Part shown: positions 1 through 13,747 of the stretch, piece by piece
Layout of the letters: each line of letters begins with the position of its first letter
Position numbering within the stretch: position 1 is the stretch's first letter
From: Gonapodya sp. JEL0774
Taxonomy: Eukaryota
Length of the DNA: 64,000 nt
Direction: 5' to 3'
Assembly (NCBI GenBank): GCA_027604505.1
Contig: JADIIX010000038.1
Span: 62,001-126,000, forward strand
Position numbers and translations under genes: made by a program
Notes under the pieces: model-generated
The model's input: only the letters and a program-made list of their open reading frames with translations
What the model was told of the DNA's origin: nothing
Database searches by the model: none

Positions 1-18
1 CCCCCGCACTCTCAAGCG

Positions 19-1002
19 ATGCTCAACACTCCAAACGATTCCTACTCGAAGCAAGATTCTCGTATTGGCAATGGCGAAGCACCCGTTTCGAATCACGAAG
101 AGGCACATTATGCTGACCGTGCTCCTATGGTGAGCATTCATCTGTTTTGATCACCGGACTGCTTGAGTATCATTGCCTAACGCAAACTGTTGCGTCAGCT
201 TCGTGCTGCCATCCTTGGTGCAAACGACGGCCTCGTTTCCGTAGCGGCTGTCATGCTCGGTACAGCTGCCGCTGGTGCAGATCGGAGAGCAACGTTCATC
301 ACAGGTCTATCGGCCATAGTTGCGGGAGCGCTCAGTATGGGTATGGGTGAGTTCTTTGAGTGATAAATCAACGGTGATATTCTCGGAACGCTGAACATTT
401 ATCTACCATTTGTGAAGGCGAGTTTGTCTCTGTCTACGCCGCACGTGATACGGAGGAGGCCGACATTGAGCGAGAACGTCAAGAATTCCTGAAACAACCA
501 GCCCCGTACTATGCCGAAATGGACGAACTGGCGGAAATCTACTGCAAAAAGGGATTGCCCCCCAACCTCGCACGTAAAGTGGCAGAGCATTTCCACTGGA
601 ACAACAGCCTGGAGGAGCTTGTCAACCTTCACGCAAAAGAGGAGTTCAACATCGAATCGGAGGAATTGTCCAACGCATGGCAAGCTGCAATAACCTCCAT
701 CATATCATTCTCGGTTGGTGGTGTATTGCCATTGTTGGGTGGAGGTTTTATAGAGTGAGTTACTGCTGCCAAACCTCTCATAAATTCTTTTCTCACAATA
801 ACTATCTCGCAGTGGTTTCGGGATCCAAGTAGTAATCATCGGTGTCATCACGGTCCTGGGGCTCGCAGGATTTGGTGCTCTCGGCGCTTATTTGGGTGGT
901 GCACCAATGTTCAAAGCCTCTACCCGAGTAATGCTTGGTGGTGTTGTGGCTCTCGGGATCACCATAGGTGTGGGAAAACTATTCGGGACAACAACAGCCT
1001 AA
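19..1002 (+). CDS. VIT1/CCC1-family vacuolar iron/manganese transporter (multi-exon)
   Basis: Spliced reading HYADRAPM|LRAAILGANDGLVSVAAVMLG...AGALSMGMG|EFVS, ELSNAWQAAITSIISFSVGGVLPL and a hydrophobic C-terminus ending TAA at 1000-1002; GT-AG introns near 130-198, 347-417, 755-812. Confidence 0.9.
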
Positions 1003-1750
1003 TCGCGTTCAAGCGGCAGCAGGCTGCCGTGACGAGGGAGGGCTTGCGGCTGTGAGGGACACGTTTTTGATTTTGCATGGATGACCCCCCACGTTGGACG
1101 TAGACACTGTTTGGGCACACCGTACGAGCGAATTAGCTTCCAATACATTGTCGTTATTTCAATTGATTCGAGTGAAATTAATCTGGCGTAAAGTCTGGGG
1201 TTTCGAAAATCGCCTTCACCGTAACGTGCATTGTCGAGATCGTTACTGAATCATCCTTTGAAAATGTCTTTTGCAAGTGCGTACGCCCCAGATCGCGACT
1301 CATTCGAAGACCTACGACCCATGTGAACCTGAAGTGGCTACTGCTATTGTTCGGAGCGCCATATCGGGAAGCATTCCTCAGAGGAAAGAATCGCCGCGCG
1401 CTTTACCTTTGCCTGCGAACGACAAAGCACAATCCGCAGCTTTCACTTGGATGCCAAATGAAACCTAGTACCTGCAAGGACTGGTGGTTCTATTTGGCTA
1501 AATCGGCGAGGTACAAGAGAAGAAATCGGAGAGGGTGATGCTGCTGCACAAAGTGACAGCCGTCTGAGTGGATTTCATCCTATGTCTTGTTCCATCATAC
1601 ACTCTACGTGCTAAAATATGTGCTTTTCTGCGCTCACCCCCCCCTTTCACTTCTGCCGGTTCACGCGGTCTTTTCATTTGAAAAGCATTCGGGGCACCGT
1701 CATCTGCCCCTCCCACATCAGCTCCATTCTCTTTCGGTGTAACATCGCAG

Positions 1751-3630
1751 CCCGCGCAGCCATCTTTGTTTGGTGCCTCGACGCAGGCACCCTCTCTCTT
1801 CGGTCAGCCCGCACCCTCAACAACGGGAGGGTCGTCCTTCTTTGGCCAACCGGCGGGGACAGCCGCACCAGGTGGCCCGTCTCTTTTCGGACAGCCTGCT
1901 GCTCAGCAGTTCACGGGTGTGTTTGGTGGCTTTGGAGCTAGCACTCAACCGCCGGCAGCTGGGTCGCTCTTTGGCCAGCCAGGTCAGCCGGGTCTTTTTG
2001 GACAACCAGCTGCAGCCGCACCTGCTGCTGGAGGACTTTTTGGCCAACCCCCACAGCAGTTTCAGCCTCCAGCCACTCAAGAGGTTCAACTTCCCCCTGT
2101 TGTGACGCAAATGGTTCAGCTCGGCAAGAGATTTAAGTCTGGCGGTCCCGAAAATGGTTTCCGGGTATGTGTGTGATGTGCAAGGGGTGGCAACTGCTCT
2201 TTTTCTGTGTTGCTAATTGCTGCTTCATTACTGTTGCCCATGGCAAATAGCATTTCTTCTACAACCTAGTTGACCCGAACCAAGTCCACCTCTATGGCCC
2301 TCCTCCCACCGCGGACCCTGCTGTGCACTTTCTCTACCGCCAAGCTGCGGAGTCTAACCCCGATCCCTCTTGCCTCGTTCCCGCTCTCGCCTCCTCCTTC
2401 TCCGATATCGCACGGCGGGTTGCGGCCGCTCGTGAACAGTCAGACCGCGCTCGTCAGGCGTCAGCTCGGCTGCGAGAAGCTCACGACTCCCTCGCCGCAA
2501 CCCATCAGCTTTCAACAGCCCCGAGGACGCAGATGTTACTCAGAAATCAAAAAGAGTTGACGCATAGGCTTGTTGGGGTGATGCGGAGGGTGCACGCGGC
2601 CAGGGCGAGAGGTGCTCCTTTGTCTGCCGATGAAGAGGAATTTAAAGCTAGAGTGGAGGTACTGTGGAGAGAAGCCGTAGGGGGTGGCGGAGGTTCAGGT
2701 CTCCGGGGACGGATTGAGGAGCTAAAAGGTGTGGTAAGTAGGGTGGGAGCATATGGAATCCCGGGGGACAGCATGGAAATGGGTGTGGGAATCGACGAAG
2801 ATACGCTGGGCAAGGTTTTCGAAGTGAGTTTATTTTCTCTAAACGATGCTCGATACCACGAAATAGCTTCGCGTACCAAATTTCCCCTTGGGATCTTTTC
2901 ACTACTCACGCAGATCCTCTCCAGCCAAACCGACGCCCTTACTCTCTTGACTGAGACAATTCGTCTCGATCTTCGTGACGCTCGAGCCGTTGCTGAGGGG
3001 TACCAGGATCAGTCCGGGGCTCCACCAGCAGTCCCGTCCCAGGTGCCGCGCGCACCTGAAGGCCTCGCTGATGCGGCTAGGGGTGCGACTGGAAGCAGCT
3101 TGATGGGCAATATATCTCAGGCGGCCTTGGTGGGAGTCCCTCAACAAAGTGCACCAGGGCAAACCAGTCAATCTGCCAGCTCATCGTTAGGGGGATTCGG
3201 ACAGCTTCCCACTTCAGGAACGATTGTAAACGGCTCGCTTTTCGGACCAACTCCTACAACCACTTCTGCCACAAATGGACTTTTTGGCGCCCCCGCAGTG
3301 ACTGGAACCCAGGCCTCGTTGTTTGGTGCAACTACGACTGTGCAACAACCGGCGAATGGATCTCTATTCGGAATGCCAGCAGCCACAGCAGCACCAACCG
3401 GAGGATCACTCTTTGGCCCCCCTGGGGCACCCCAAGCTGGAGCTAGTCTCTTCGGCGCATCTACCCAAGCGGGCGGTAGCTTGTTTGGACCCACCTCAGC
3501 AAACACAAGTGCGTTCGGACCCCCTGCTGCAGGCTCACTGTTTGGTGCGCCGGCTGCCTCGCAGGCACCTTTAGGAGCACTCGGAGGATTTGGGGCACCC
3601 GCAAGTGGGGGCTTGTTTGGAACTCGATGA
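1751..3630 (+). CDS. NUP57: FG nucleoporin Nup57/Nup54 (5' exon/start not resolved)
   Basis: SLFG/GLFG repeats, then F(R)HFFYNLVDP..NPDPSCLVPALASSFSDIARRV and coiled coil typical of the Nup54 domain; introns ~2165-2250 and ~2824-2913. Confidence 0.85.
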
Positions 3631-3842
3631 AGGCGCGAAATATCGGACGCGGATTCGCCGCGAATGTCAACAGTTACAAATTAATAATGATATCCATCAT
3701 GGCTTATCCGCGTTGTGTGCCGCGTGTCTTTAGCTCCTCCCTTTGCGTTTGCTTCCGGGACAAACATAAGAAGCTGACCCTTTCAACACTACTACCTCTA
3801 AGTGAACAATTATGTACATCACACAGAACATACAATAGCAAT

Positions 3843-6800
3843 TCAATCTACAGAGCACCAGCACTCACAATCCGCTACAGGACACTCGGCATGATTTTTG
3901 AACCAGCCCATTATGTGTCCCGCGTGGCCCCCATGACCGCACTTCTGACACCAAGTGAACCACATTTCGATAACGCTGGGTGCACCACCTGGATCTGCGA
4001 TCGTTTCATCGCGCTCGCGCACCGAAGCAACGCTCTCCACTTCGACGGCACCATCAGGATCGGACGATGCGTGAAAACTATCTGTCCGTTCAGGTCCTGG
4101 TGAGGGCTGTGGGCTGGGAGAAGGTGGTGCCGCGGAAGCCCTCCCTGCATGTGTTCCGGCTCGTTTAGAGAGATATCCAATTCCTACCGGAGTGCCGGTC
4201 ATGTTATCAAAATGGTACGAGCCCTTTCGCGACATTCGCGGCGTTGACACCCCGTACATGCTAACTGATCCATCTAAGCCAGTGGTAGGACTTCCGCTTG
4301 GTGACACAGATCGAGGAATGTCGAGTCCCGCAGCAGGTCCAAAGTATGTCGGTCCACTTGGTCCCGGCTGAAGCACCGCAGGGGCAACGACTGAGCCATG
4401 AGAGGAATGAGAGCCGTGTGCCACAAAGCTTCCAGTCAATGAGGGTGCAGAAACACCGTGAGAAGATGCGGCGTACCGAACGGTATCGTGAGGTGTGCCC
4501 ATGGGCAGTTCACACACAGCACAACGTGGCAAAGTCTTCTTGCAGTGTTGACACACGGTTTGCTGTGTGTCCAGAAGGGGTGAACAAAGCGATTAATATG
4601 ATGATAGAAATTGGATTTTGATGCCCTGCTTACTCGCACGTCTTTTACGACCCCTGCACCCCCAACAATGCCTGGTGAACCTGCCAATAATTTGGAACCT
4701 TCCTTGCCGAATGCAATCTGTACGCCTCCCCCTCCCCCTGGAACTGCCTGAAAATTGCCCATTCCGAATATGGCACTTGCATGTTGCAAGCTGTTGTTAC
4801 AGTACAAGCACTTGAGTGCAATCTGAGGCGGTACGTCGAGATAGCGTCTGGCTAGAGCTGAAAGAGGAGGAAGTTGACGTAGTTGTTGTTGCGGAGTGAG
4901 TGGCATTTGGGTGGAGGCACTGCCTGAAGTCAAGCTGGTTGATGGAGAAGGTTTGGCGGGCGACGAGATATAATTATTCACAGCGTTTCGAGGCAAGATA
5001 GAGATCTGCCCTGAAGGCGGCAGAAAAGCTTCTCCCGAAATGAAGCGTCCTCGGGCAATGTCGAAATGTGCACGCTGGTGATAGAATTGGAATCGATCAA
5101 GAAGAGAGCGATAACTAGAAGGCACGTTGAAAAGATTGCGAACCACTTTAAGTTGTCGAATCACAGACAACAAAACTCACTTCTCAACCCATTCGTCAAC
5201 ACGTGGGTTTGCAAATCGACCCGGCACCACCACTGACCCAAGCAATGCAGCAGTTTGCACATCCCCTGTCTTGTCCACATACTTCTCCAGCAGTTCAATA
5301 CCCGCAGGTTGCAGTCCCGTTACGAGGAGTCCCTCTAGGTTGCCGGTGGAGATAACTTGGTATATCGTCGTCCTGAGAAACCCACCCAACTCGTTGTTTC
5401 CAAGAAACCGTAGGGCAACGCCGATACGGTCACGTAAGGAAATACCTTGCTCGTTCAATACTCCCGACCAGTCGCCCTCTCTCGATATCAGCGAAAACAT
5501 TGCTCGGAGATATGCGTCAGTGAGATCTTTCGTAAGCCCAGCAAACATATTTTTCCACAATGTCTGCAGTGGAGTTTTCGCTGGGCTGACAGAAGAGCTG
5601 GGTCTAGTGGCGACAGATGGTGACCCCAGTCCATCAAAGTAAACACCACTTTTAACGCTTCTATCTGCCATAGATGGTCCTCCCGGCGCCAGAACCCCGT
5701 TCACTAGATCACTTGGTAGTTGAGTTCCAACAGCAGCTGCTGCGAGAGCCGTGCCAACCAGCTTCAGTCGCTCATTTCCGGAACGGTTGAGACTCTTTAC
5801 TGCTCTCGCTAATCCACCACCGCGGAACAGACTCCATCCAGCGGCCTTTTCCCACTCCCCGCGCTCTTCCATACCCTGTAAAGCTCGCTCCAAATCGTCT
5901 CGGTCTCGATCTGAATCACCGTCAGGGGATCCCCAGCCGCACATGGCAAGAGCAAGGCGACGGTAGGGTTCTAATTGTGTCGGGGATTGGCGAGTAATCG
6001 ACTCTAAAGACGATAATGGTGAGTATTTAAGTATTGCGTATGATTGGGAACTGCTACCGATATGGATACTCAGCCCACCTCGTTCTCCCACAAAAGCGTC
6101 CATTATGACGTCCGCCACGCCACTAAATGCAAGCTCCCGACCCTCTAGTATAGCCTTTCCCGAAGTAACGAGCTGCTTTGCAGCTAAGACGATCCCACCA
6201 TATGTCAATAACATCGAAAAGGACGAACAACGGAAAAATAAGTTTGAAACTCACTAGCGACCCATTCCCACACATTCCTCAACTCTTTTGAGGAGACATC
6301 ATCCTTCCAGACTCGCTCCCAGGGCGAGTCCGATTTTTTAATACCTGCAGAGGCCTTCGGCGCTCCCCCTTCGGACACTCTCCCCCTCTCTCTCTCTCGC
6401 CATTGAGCTTTCGTCTCACTTCGTTCTTGTGCAAAGAATTCCACATTCCGGTCAGCGTCCATTCCGTAGCCTTTCGCCGCTCGAGCGCGGATTGTGAACG
6501 CCACGTCGTAAACGTCGCGGTGAAGCAGCACCCCGGGAGGGAGGTCAACAAGGCTAGCAGCAGGATTTCGACGAGCAGAAATTTTTGGAACCCTTAACCC
6601 TGTCGAGGCTCCTCCGTTGATCGCACCACCGTTCCCAGCTCGTTCCCATCTTCCCACTTCTCTGATCATCTCCCCTGCACCAACTACTGCAACGCTTCGT
6701 CCTCCCGACCACATCAGTCCCCCAAGTGGATTCCAGCACAGCTGAAGGTGTTCTCGCATCTCCAATACCTCAATGCGCTCGGCTGGATCACCCGAATTCA

Positions 6801-9371
6801 TAGAGTACACTACCGGTGGAGTAGTTGGAGCAAGAAACAGACTCTGTAGTGCAGAGGAGTGGCGCAGAGATGAGTTCGATGGCGTTGAGAAGTTAGGCTC
6901 AGAATCCGAGCCACTTCCCACAATGCTTGACAGTCGTGAGCCGGACGCTGTCCGTGGCCAGCCTTTCCAACTCGAATGTACGTGGTGCACGGCAACAGCT
7001 GCAGCACCCGAGCCAGAGATTCCTGCTCCTGCAGCAGCTGCTGCTGCCTGCAGCTGCTGTTGCTGAGCGGTGGGGTTACTCGTTATAACCACAATTTTGT
7101 GAGCTGCCTCCTCAACCGAGCGAGCGGGTAATGGGGGAAATGTTGGAGGCGTCGGAGCCTGGGAGACTTTTGCTCCCTGATATCCCCCACCACCACCGCG
7201 GATCGCGAGGGGGCCTGGAACAAATGCAAAGCAAGTCACAGGTGTTCCATAACCTGTACGAACAGCGCGAATCTGCCAGAGTAAGGGATTTGTGCCTGCA
7301 GGGCTGACTCCAACTTTCGTGACCCCGGCCAACGCAAGGTCGTCCTTCGCAGTCACACCAAACACACTGCTGGTCGCCGTTGCACCTCCATCTGCGACAA
7401 AGTCAGATCCCTCATTGTCACCGAGCACGTAGCCACCCTCTTCCGATGCGACTCGCCTTGCTTCTACCGCCTCCACCACATCCCACACTTTCACCACTGG
7501 TGAGTTCACTCCTGTCCCTGCCAGCACACCAGTTCTATCCCCACTCCAACCAATTTGCGCCACACCCATCTTCCACTCCGTGGGACAGGCAACGCTCACC
7601 ACCGGCTCTGAAGTCCTCCGTAGGTCCCACAGCTTGATCCCGCCGTCGGGTCCCTCCGCGTAGCTCGCCATCAGATGTGGTCGCCGGGGGTCAAAGCAAA
7701 GCCCAGATACGTACCGAGTAGTAACCGAAGCCGTCGGGGACGAACCGGAACCCGAACGAAGATCGTATATTCGGACATGCTTTCCTCCGGCTCCCGCCGC
7801 CAGCCGGTGGGGCAATGTGGGCAGCCAAACAAGGGAGTGAATCGATTCGGCTGGTGCAAAGGTAGAGTGCGGTGGTTTGGGTGGAGTAGGGGAAGCGGTT
7901 GAGGAGGATGGTGTTGATGGACGTGGTGGTGGAGCAAAGGAGTTGCCGGAACCAGACAGGAGGGATGAAGGGCGGGACGCGGTAGGCGCAGTGATTTCCG
8001 AATATGAAGATGGTGCTGGAGGAGTACCGAGTTCCTCCTCGGAGGAGAGCGAGTCGAACCGGCGTGCAGCAGGTGCTCCCCACGACGAGAAACCTGCACC
8101 GGTACTAGGTGCCGACCAGATGGGATCCACGCCATGTTCTAGGTCCCATACATAGAGTCCGCTGTCATTGCGGACCTTGTCGAACCCTGCGGCGAGGAAG
8201 CGGGGATCGGAGGGGCAGAAAGAGACAGCGTTACAAGTGCGGGCGTGGCGGGGTTGTAGTTCGGCCAAGGCCTTGGTGGGAGGTGCCTGAGCAGCAGAAT
8301 ATGAGGACGACGGGACTATCGCCGTTGTCGGCTTGGAAGGGCTTAGGCCTGCGAAGGAGGAGAGACGGACAAGTGAGACGCGCCCGGTTTGCTGGCCAAC
8401 AGCGAGGAGGTCGGGTATGGCGGCAGAGGGAGACCATGCAAAGCATTTGGTAGTAAGCTGGAAATCCGAGTTGGTGGCGATGAGGGTACAGTGGGGCTGA
8501 GAGGATTGTGGTGGGGTACAACGGTGGACGATAGTTGTGGGTTGCAAGTAAAGAGGGTCAAGCAAGCAAAAGAATGATGGTGCGGTGTCACACAATGTCA
8601 ACAACATGACAAGGGCTTCCGCAAAACGTTTTGTAACGGAGAGGCGTCCCTCTACAAAGCCTCTCCCATAGTCCTGATTCCAAAATGGTGTCCAAACCTG
8701 CACGAAGCTACAACGAGCGAAAGTCGTAGATTTCATTTGAGATCCCGACATGACAGGAATCGCAGAACCTCTGCCTTCCGGTAAAACACGAAAGTCTCCT
8801 GAAACAATTGCCGCAGACAGAGAAAGGAAAGAGTGGGAAGGCCGGCACTTACCTGGTCGCCAACTTGATCGTACCGATACAGTTTCAGGTCCGGCACTCC
8901 TACCACGAAGTAAGAACGGGGAGCCCACGACCAGCCGTGCAAAGGCGAAGTGGCCATACTGTAGTGACCCGGAACATCTTTGCCGGGAAACGGAAATCCA
9001 TTTGACAGTCCAGCTGCAGCACCACGATCTGAACTGACACCATATCTGTCAGGAGCTCCGGCACCAACTGCAGCTCCTCCTACTCCTCCTGACGTGGAGT
9101 TCACCGCGATTCCGATCGCAAAATCCGGATGAGGGCTCCATACAAGTCGCTTTGATCGCTGAAGTTGCAGCAGCTGCGATGGAGACGAGACAGAGGGAGC
9201 GGACGCAGCAGGGGCGGGAGGGGGAGGCTGCGAAAGGTGAATCGACTGTGCAGCAAGCGGAATTGGGGACAGAGTCTGTTGCGGCGGAAACCCCCGTGGT
9301 GCGTGCTGCGAGTGATGGGCAGTCTGTCCAGTTCCAACCGATCCCGCAGAGAAATAGGGATAGCTCGTCAT
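3843..9371 (-). CDS. SEA4: GATOR2/SEA complex subunit Sea4/Mios (WD40 + C-terminal zinc finger)
   Basis: WD40 repeats ([18 protein letters not shown]), [33 protein letters not shown]-terminal [14 protein letters not shown]...[34 protein letters not shown]. Confidence 0.9.
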
Positions 9372-9612
9372 CGATCAACTTGATTCTCTCAGATCAGGAA
9401 TCGACATGCAAAAAAATAAGAATGATAGGTGGCCGTCGGGCCGAACAGTACTCAGTTCGCCATGGACTGGAAGTGCATAAGTCCCCACCACTCCTACCAC
9501 TCTCGTATCGTGTAACGTAAGGCTGGATTTCTCAAATCTTCTATGGGCTATTTCTGTGAGAGCACTTTTACACGAATTCAAAATTTCGATTTGTCTCCTG
9601 AAAAATCCATTC

Positions 9613-11340
9613 CTATTCTAAAACTTCTCCTTCTTCTAACTCGTCCACCAATGCGCTGCTATCTTTGACTGGTTCAACTGGTGGATGCTCCGTGTCAGGT
9701 CCCCTAGTGGAAGGTCTTGTTGATTTTCGTCTTGACACAGTACGTTTATTCTTGGTCAGCTTCCGCTTCTTGTTGGGTGTAAAGTCATCGTCAGATTCGT
9801 CGGAATTATTTTCTTCAATCCAAGAAAGAGCGGTTTGGTTTTGGGACTAATGCATGGCTTGAGTTAGAACTGGCAAACAAGAACCTTGAAGGCCGACAAA
9901 CATACCCATGTGAGTTCCCCGCCGCTTGTCAGCCTCTCGCAAAAGTATTCGTCAATCTTCCAGTCGAACAATTTGTTGATCATCTCGTTGGCTTCAGCTA
10001 AATCCACTTCTGCCAATGTGGACTGTTTGATCCTTTCGGACGCTTGTGTCTTCTCCCAGTCCTCCATGATGCCATTATAAGCTTCACGAGGTTCAGCTTT
10101 ACGGGCAACATCAGGGTCCAAAGAAGCACGAAGCCGAGCTAACAATTGTTCGCGAAGCTCTTTATTGAAGTTGACTCTCTTTGCCAAAACGTGAGACCAA
10201 AATTCAATCAAGGATATTTTACGTGTAACTCACTGGAGTTGGTTCTGTCCGGGAACGAAGTCTGCTGTTCAAAACCTCCGACTCAGGGGAAGCGCCCCTC
10301 TTCCGCCTCTTCCGTGCCCCTGTCCCAAGCTCACCTTCTGGCTCGGGACACATAGTGACATCGGAGGGAAAGACCCTCTCCCGTGCCGGGACGTGAGAGC
10401 CACTGACTGTGTCGGAGTGGGCCACATCATGCGGTTCTGCAGCCCTTGCTGGACCCAGGTGAGGATTGTCGCTGGACTCTCCATCAACAATCGCATCTTG
10501 AAAGCGACTCTGTGGGGCAGGTGTGGTGAACCCAGCAAAGTATTCAGCAAGATGATCATCTGATGCGGGAGAGGGAAAGGCTGTGGTAGGTGCTGTGCAT
10601 TCTGGGGGAATATTTCTACGAGATGTCGGAACTTCGACTAGCGGCTGCAGAAAAGACACGTAAATACTTCAGAGAATCAACCAGCATAGATACTAATTGA
10701 TCCTCACCATTTCATCACTTAGGAGTTCCACAAATTTCCGGCCAACATACTTTTGTTTTTTATGTAGAGTGCTCAATTCCTCGTGAATTCTTAGTAGAGA
10801 AAGCTCATCTTGTTCTACTTTCGCCTGAAGAACTCTTTTGTGCCGAATGGCATCATCCAGTTGTTTCGAGATGTCAAGCACAAGTTGAGCTTCCACATCC
10901 CGCTTCTGTTGCTTCAAATCTGAAAGATCTTTATCAGTATTTTCAATTTCTTTCAATAGACGTGGCTTTGCTGGCTGTGGAGGTTTGGCACACGGGAAAT
11001 CTAAGGTTTGCTATCGAGCTCAACGGGTATAAACTACTCACATAGTCATCGTCTTCTGAAAGAAGTGCCAGGCCATCCACATATCTTTGTCGGAGAGCAG
11101 TCATTTTTTGAAATTGCGCTTCTAGTTTCTCGACTCTTTCTTTGGTCTGTAATTGTGTGACCTGTCTTTGTTCCAAGTCCGCAATGTCATTTGTGGTTGT
11201 GGTTATTCGTTTCTCTGTTTCTGCTATTTTCTCCTTGATATCAGTATATCTGAATGTATTTCGAGAGTGCGAAGAGTAGTTAGCCAATGGGGATAGATGA
11301 TTTGATGGCAAATTGCACAAATCCATCTCACTTCCGCCAT
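9613..11340 (-). CDS. hypothetical coiled-coil protein (multi-exon)
   Basis: Chain of same-strand exon-like ORFs (10943-11326, 10693-10956, 10219-10659, 9864-10211) rich in E/K/Q heptads, separated by GT-AG intron-like gaps. Confidence 0.5.
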
Positions 11341-11510
11341 TTTTCGTTCCATCCTAGTATGGCTTTTAGCAGAGCCTTGCGTTGCTCTTCCGTTTCTCTC
11401 ATCGTGTCCATCTGCGATTTTGACGAGTGTGACATATTTGTAGCTTGAAGTTTTCGAAAGCGAGATGGCAAGACACGGGAGAAAGCGGAGATGCAATCAG
11501 CATGCGCTCG

Positions 11511-12095
11511 CTCACGGAATGTAGAGGGTAAATCTAGAGGTATCGTGAATGATGGACGAGAATGAAAAGGGGTTTCTCGGGTTCTCGTGGGGACAGGTGG
11601 CCTTTTGAGTTACTCCGCGGGGGTCGGTTCAGTGATCAGCAATCAGCGACTCAGCCATCTTCCCAAAAAGGTAAACTCTCGTGAACACCGTTCCTCAACC
11701 TTTGCTCACAAAACCGAGAGGTCTGGAATTCATCAGCTTTGCTATTCGCTCGCACAGCAGCTGATCGGAGCTATCGTGGCTACTATTCTGACTGAATGGA
11801 ACGCAAGTGGGTTTGATATTTCTTTCCAACTACCCGAAAGCATGCTAGAGTTTCTCCGAGGCATTGCTCTTGAACCTGACGCTGGCGAACTCCCAGTTGG
11901 CCAGTTTCCACCACGCCTCAATGTAGGATGCACCAGCACTGATGTGTGGCGCGAGCGCATCATGAGCATAGGGAAGCGGCAAAAGAGTGAAGGGAGCGCC
12001 ATCTGATGGTGAGTGTTAGGGGGTTTTGAAAGCGCACTATAAATGCCACGATTATGTGGTTGAGCACCAATAAGATTACGAAATCTGATCATTAT
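11511..12095. repeat. deleted/diverged duplicate of 14641-16056
   Basis: Collinear near-identical blocks, e.g. gtgatcagcaatcagcgactcagccatcttcccaaaa, ctagagtttctccgaggcattgctcttgaacctg and taaatgccacgatt.tgtgg.tgagcaccaataa, occur in both segments. Confidence 0.9.
11845..12002 (-). pseudogene. Fe-SOD pseudogene (start and stop ends only; ~606 bp internal deletion)
   Basis: Matches both ends of the SOD at 15058-15822; 1-bp loss just after ATG; junction at a shared GCA. Confidence 0.85.
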
Positions 12096-12655
12096 ATCTG
12101 ATCCTCAGAATACGTATACGGTATGTCGTACTATTTATATACTACTGTGGTCGAGATGTGGACCCCAAGTGTCACGCTTACACAATATGATCAATATCGC
12201 AAATTGGTCCAAGATTCGAAACAACAGTTGTAATTCTTTCTCTCCCAGTGCGCCTGCCACCTGCCATCTCTCCCATTGCCCTTCATTCTCTATCTCCATA
12301 TCAACACTCTCCTTTGTTTCCTCACCTTGGCAGCTTCCGCTCTTAGGAAAGCACTCTTTGTCATTTTTACACTGATTATCGGGTCAGACTCCCAAATCTT
12401 CTTCTTCCTTGGGCGTGCACTAAGTGTTTCAATGAAGGGAAATCAGCTACTTCCCACTCTATGTTCTGCCAACAGGGACCTCTTACCTCAATGTTACTCA
12501 CCTTGTGGTCCGGTTGCTATTGTCGTTCGAGCTTGCTACTGCGTTTGTTGAATCCATCCGGGTTCACTTGCGAAGGGACAATGTGCACAATGTGCCACGG
12601 TACTTTCTCGTGCTCAGCCATCGCACACATTTTGATTACACAGAAACCAATTACT

Positions 12656-13747
12656 CTACTTTAGCGGAGCCTTCGGTAAAATATTCCACAAATATTCTGG
12701 AATTCTCGTGTCAAATGATAAGCGTGCTGTTTTTGACTCCGCAAGAGTTGTTCGACCTTCAAATTTCATCCCACGGCTAAGACCATATGCCCTCATATAG
12801 AGAACGATGGTCGGTATATGCTCGATTGGTGCATTTGTGACGTAAACGGAGCCGATCTCACACATGAAGCGGCTGCCACGATCACGCTCCAAGTACCGAC
12901 ACACCAGCTCTTGTATGTCCTCGGCTTTCCACATCTCACGCTCCCCAGGTCCTGGCGGCTTGTAATACAAGTAGATATCTGCAAGCAAACCGCGTTCAAG
13001 TTCAGTGGGTCTCGGCATATTTCTCCTCTCTCTCCATATTCCTCGCTTCCTGAATTCTTCCCAGACGTCCTTGAAATCGCGCCGAAAAAGCGGAGCCGCA
13101 ATCGTATCTTCATGAACATGCTCACCGACGGATCTACGCTTGATTTCATCAGGAGATATAGAGACACTGAGCTTATGTTTCGGATTACATCGGAGTAGTC
13201 GAGAAGGCAATTGGACGTTCGGACGTCCATCCAAGAGAGCGAATAGATGGTTTCTTGTCAGAACATTGTATCCTGGTAAATCCATCTTCCCATCCGTGCG
13301 GTGTATGTTGTAAAGTCGTCCATCAAGAATCGATAGAGTGATTTCGACACCCGGTCGTTCATGTTTCCACATCAAACGTTCTGCTACGACACCCCATGAT
13401 CTACACACTGCTGCAAGTCGTGAGAAGATGGAACTGGCGTGGAAATGTCTGAAGATGAGACATAGGATTTCAGGTGGTAGTAAAGGCGCCTTCCTATGAA
13501 TTGAGGATGGTGCTTTCACCGGCGTGGCCATGTCCATCGTGTGTGATGATATTGTTGTTGGTGCGGATGATTCACGTTGAACTGGGGTATTCTGGGAAGT
13601 GGTTCCTGTCGGTCTGGACCGTTTGGGACCTCGAGCGCCACTTCCAGAAGCGCTTTGGAGTGCCTGTACTGGGGCAGAAAGTGGAGGAAACGAGGAAGGA
13701 AGGACGCCCGTCCCGGTCCGGAAGGGAGGAATATTCTTCACGTCCAC
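12656..13747 (-). CDS. F-box domain protein (5' part probably extends to ~14500)
   Basis: LLPPEILCLIFRHF...LAAVCRSWGVVAERLMW F-box motif after a S/P/T-rich N-terminus. Confidence 0.7.
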   Translation of the reverse strand: MDVKNIPPFRTGTGVLPSSFPPLSAPVQALQSASGSGARGPKRSRPTGTTSQNTPVQRESSAPTTISSHTMDMATPVKAPSSIHRKAPLLPPEILCLIFRHFHASSIFSRLAAVCRSWGVVAERLMWKHERPGVEITLSILDGRLYNIHRTDGKMDLPGYNVLTRNHLFALLDGRPNVQLPSRLLRCNPKHKLSVSISPDEIKRRSVGEHVHEDTIAAPLFRRDFKDVWEEFRKRGIWRERRNMPRPTELERGLLADIYLYYKPPGPGEREMWKAEDIQELVCRYLERDRGSRFMCEIGSVYVTNAPIEHIPTIVLYMRAYGLSRGMKFEGRTTLAESKTARLSFDTRIPEYLWNILPKAPLK

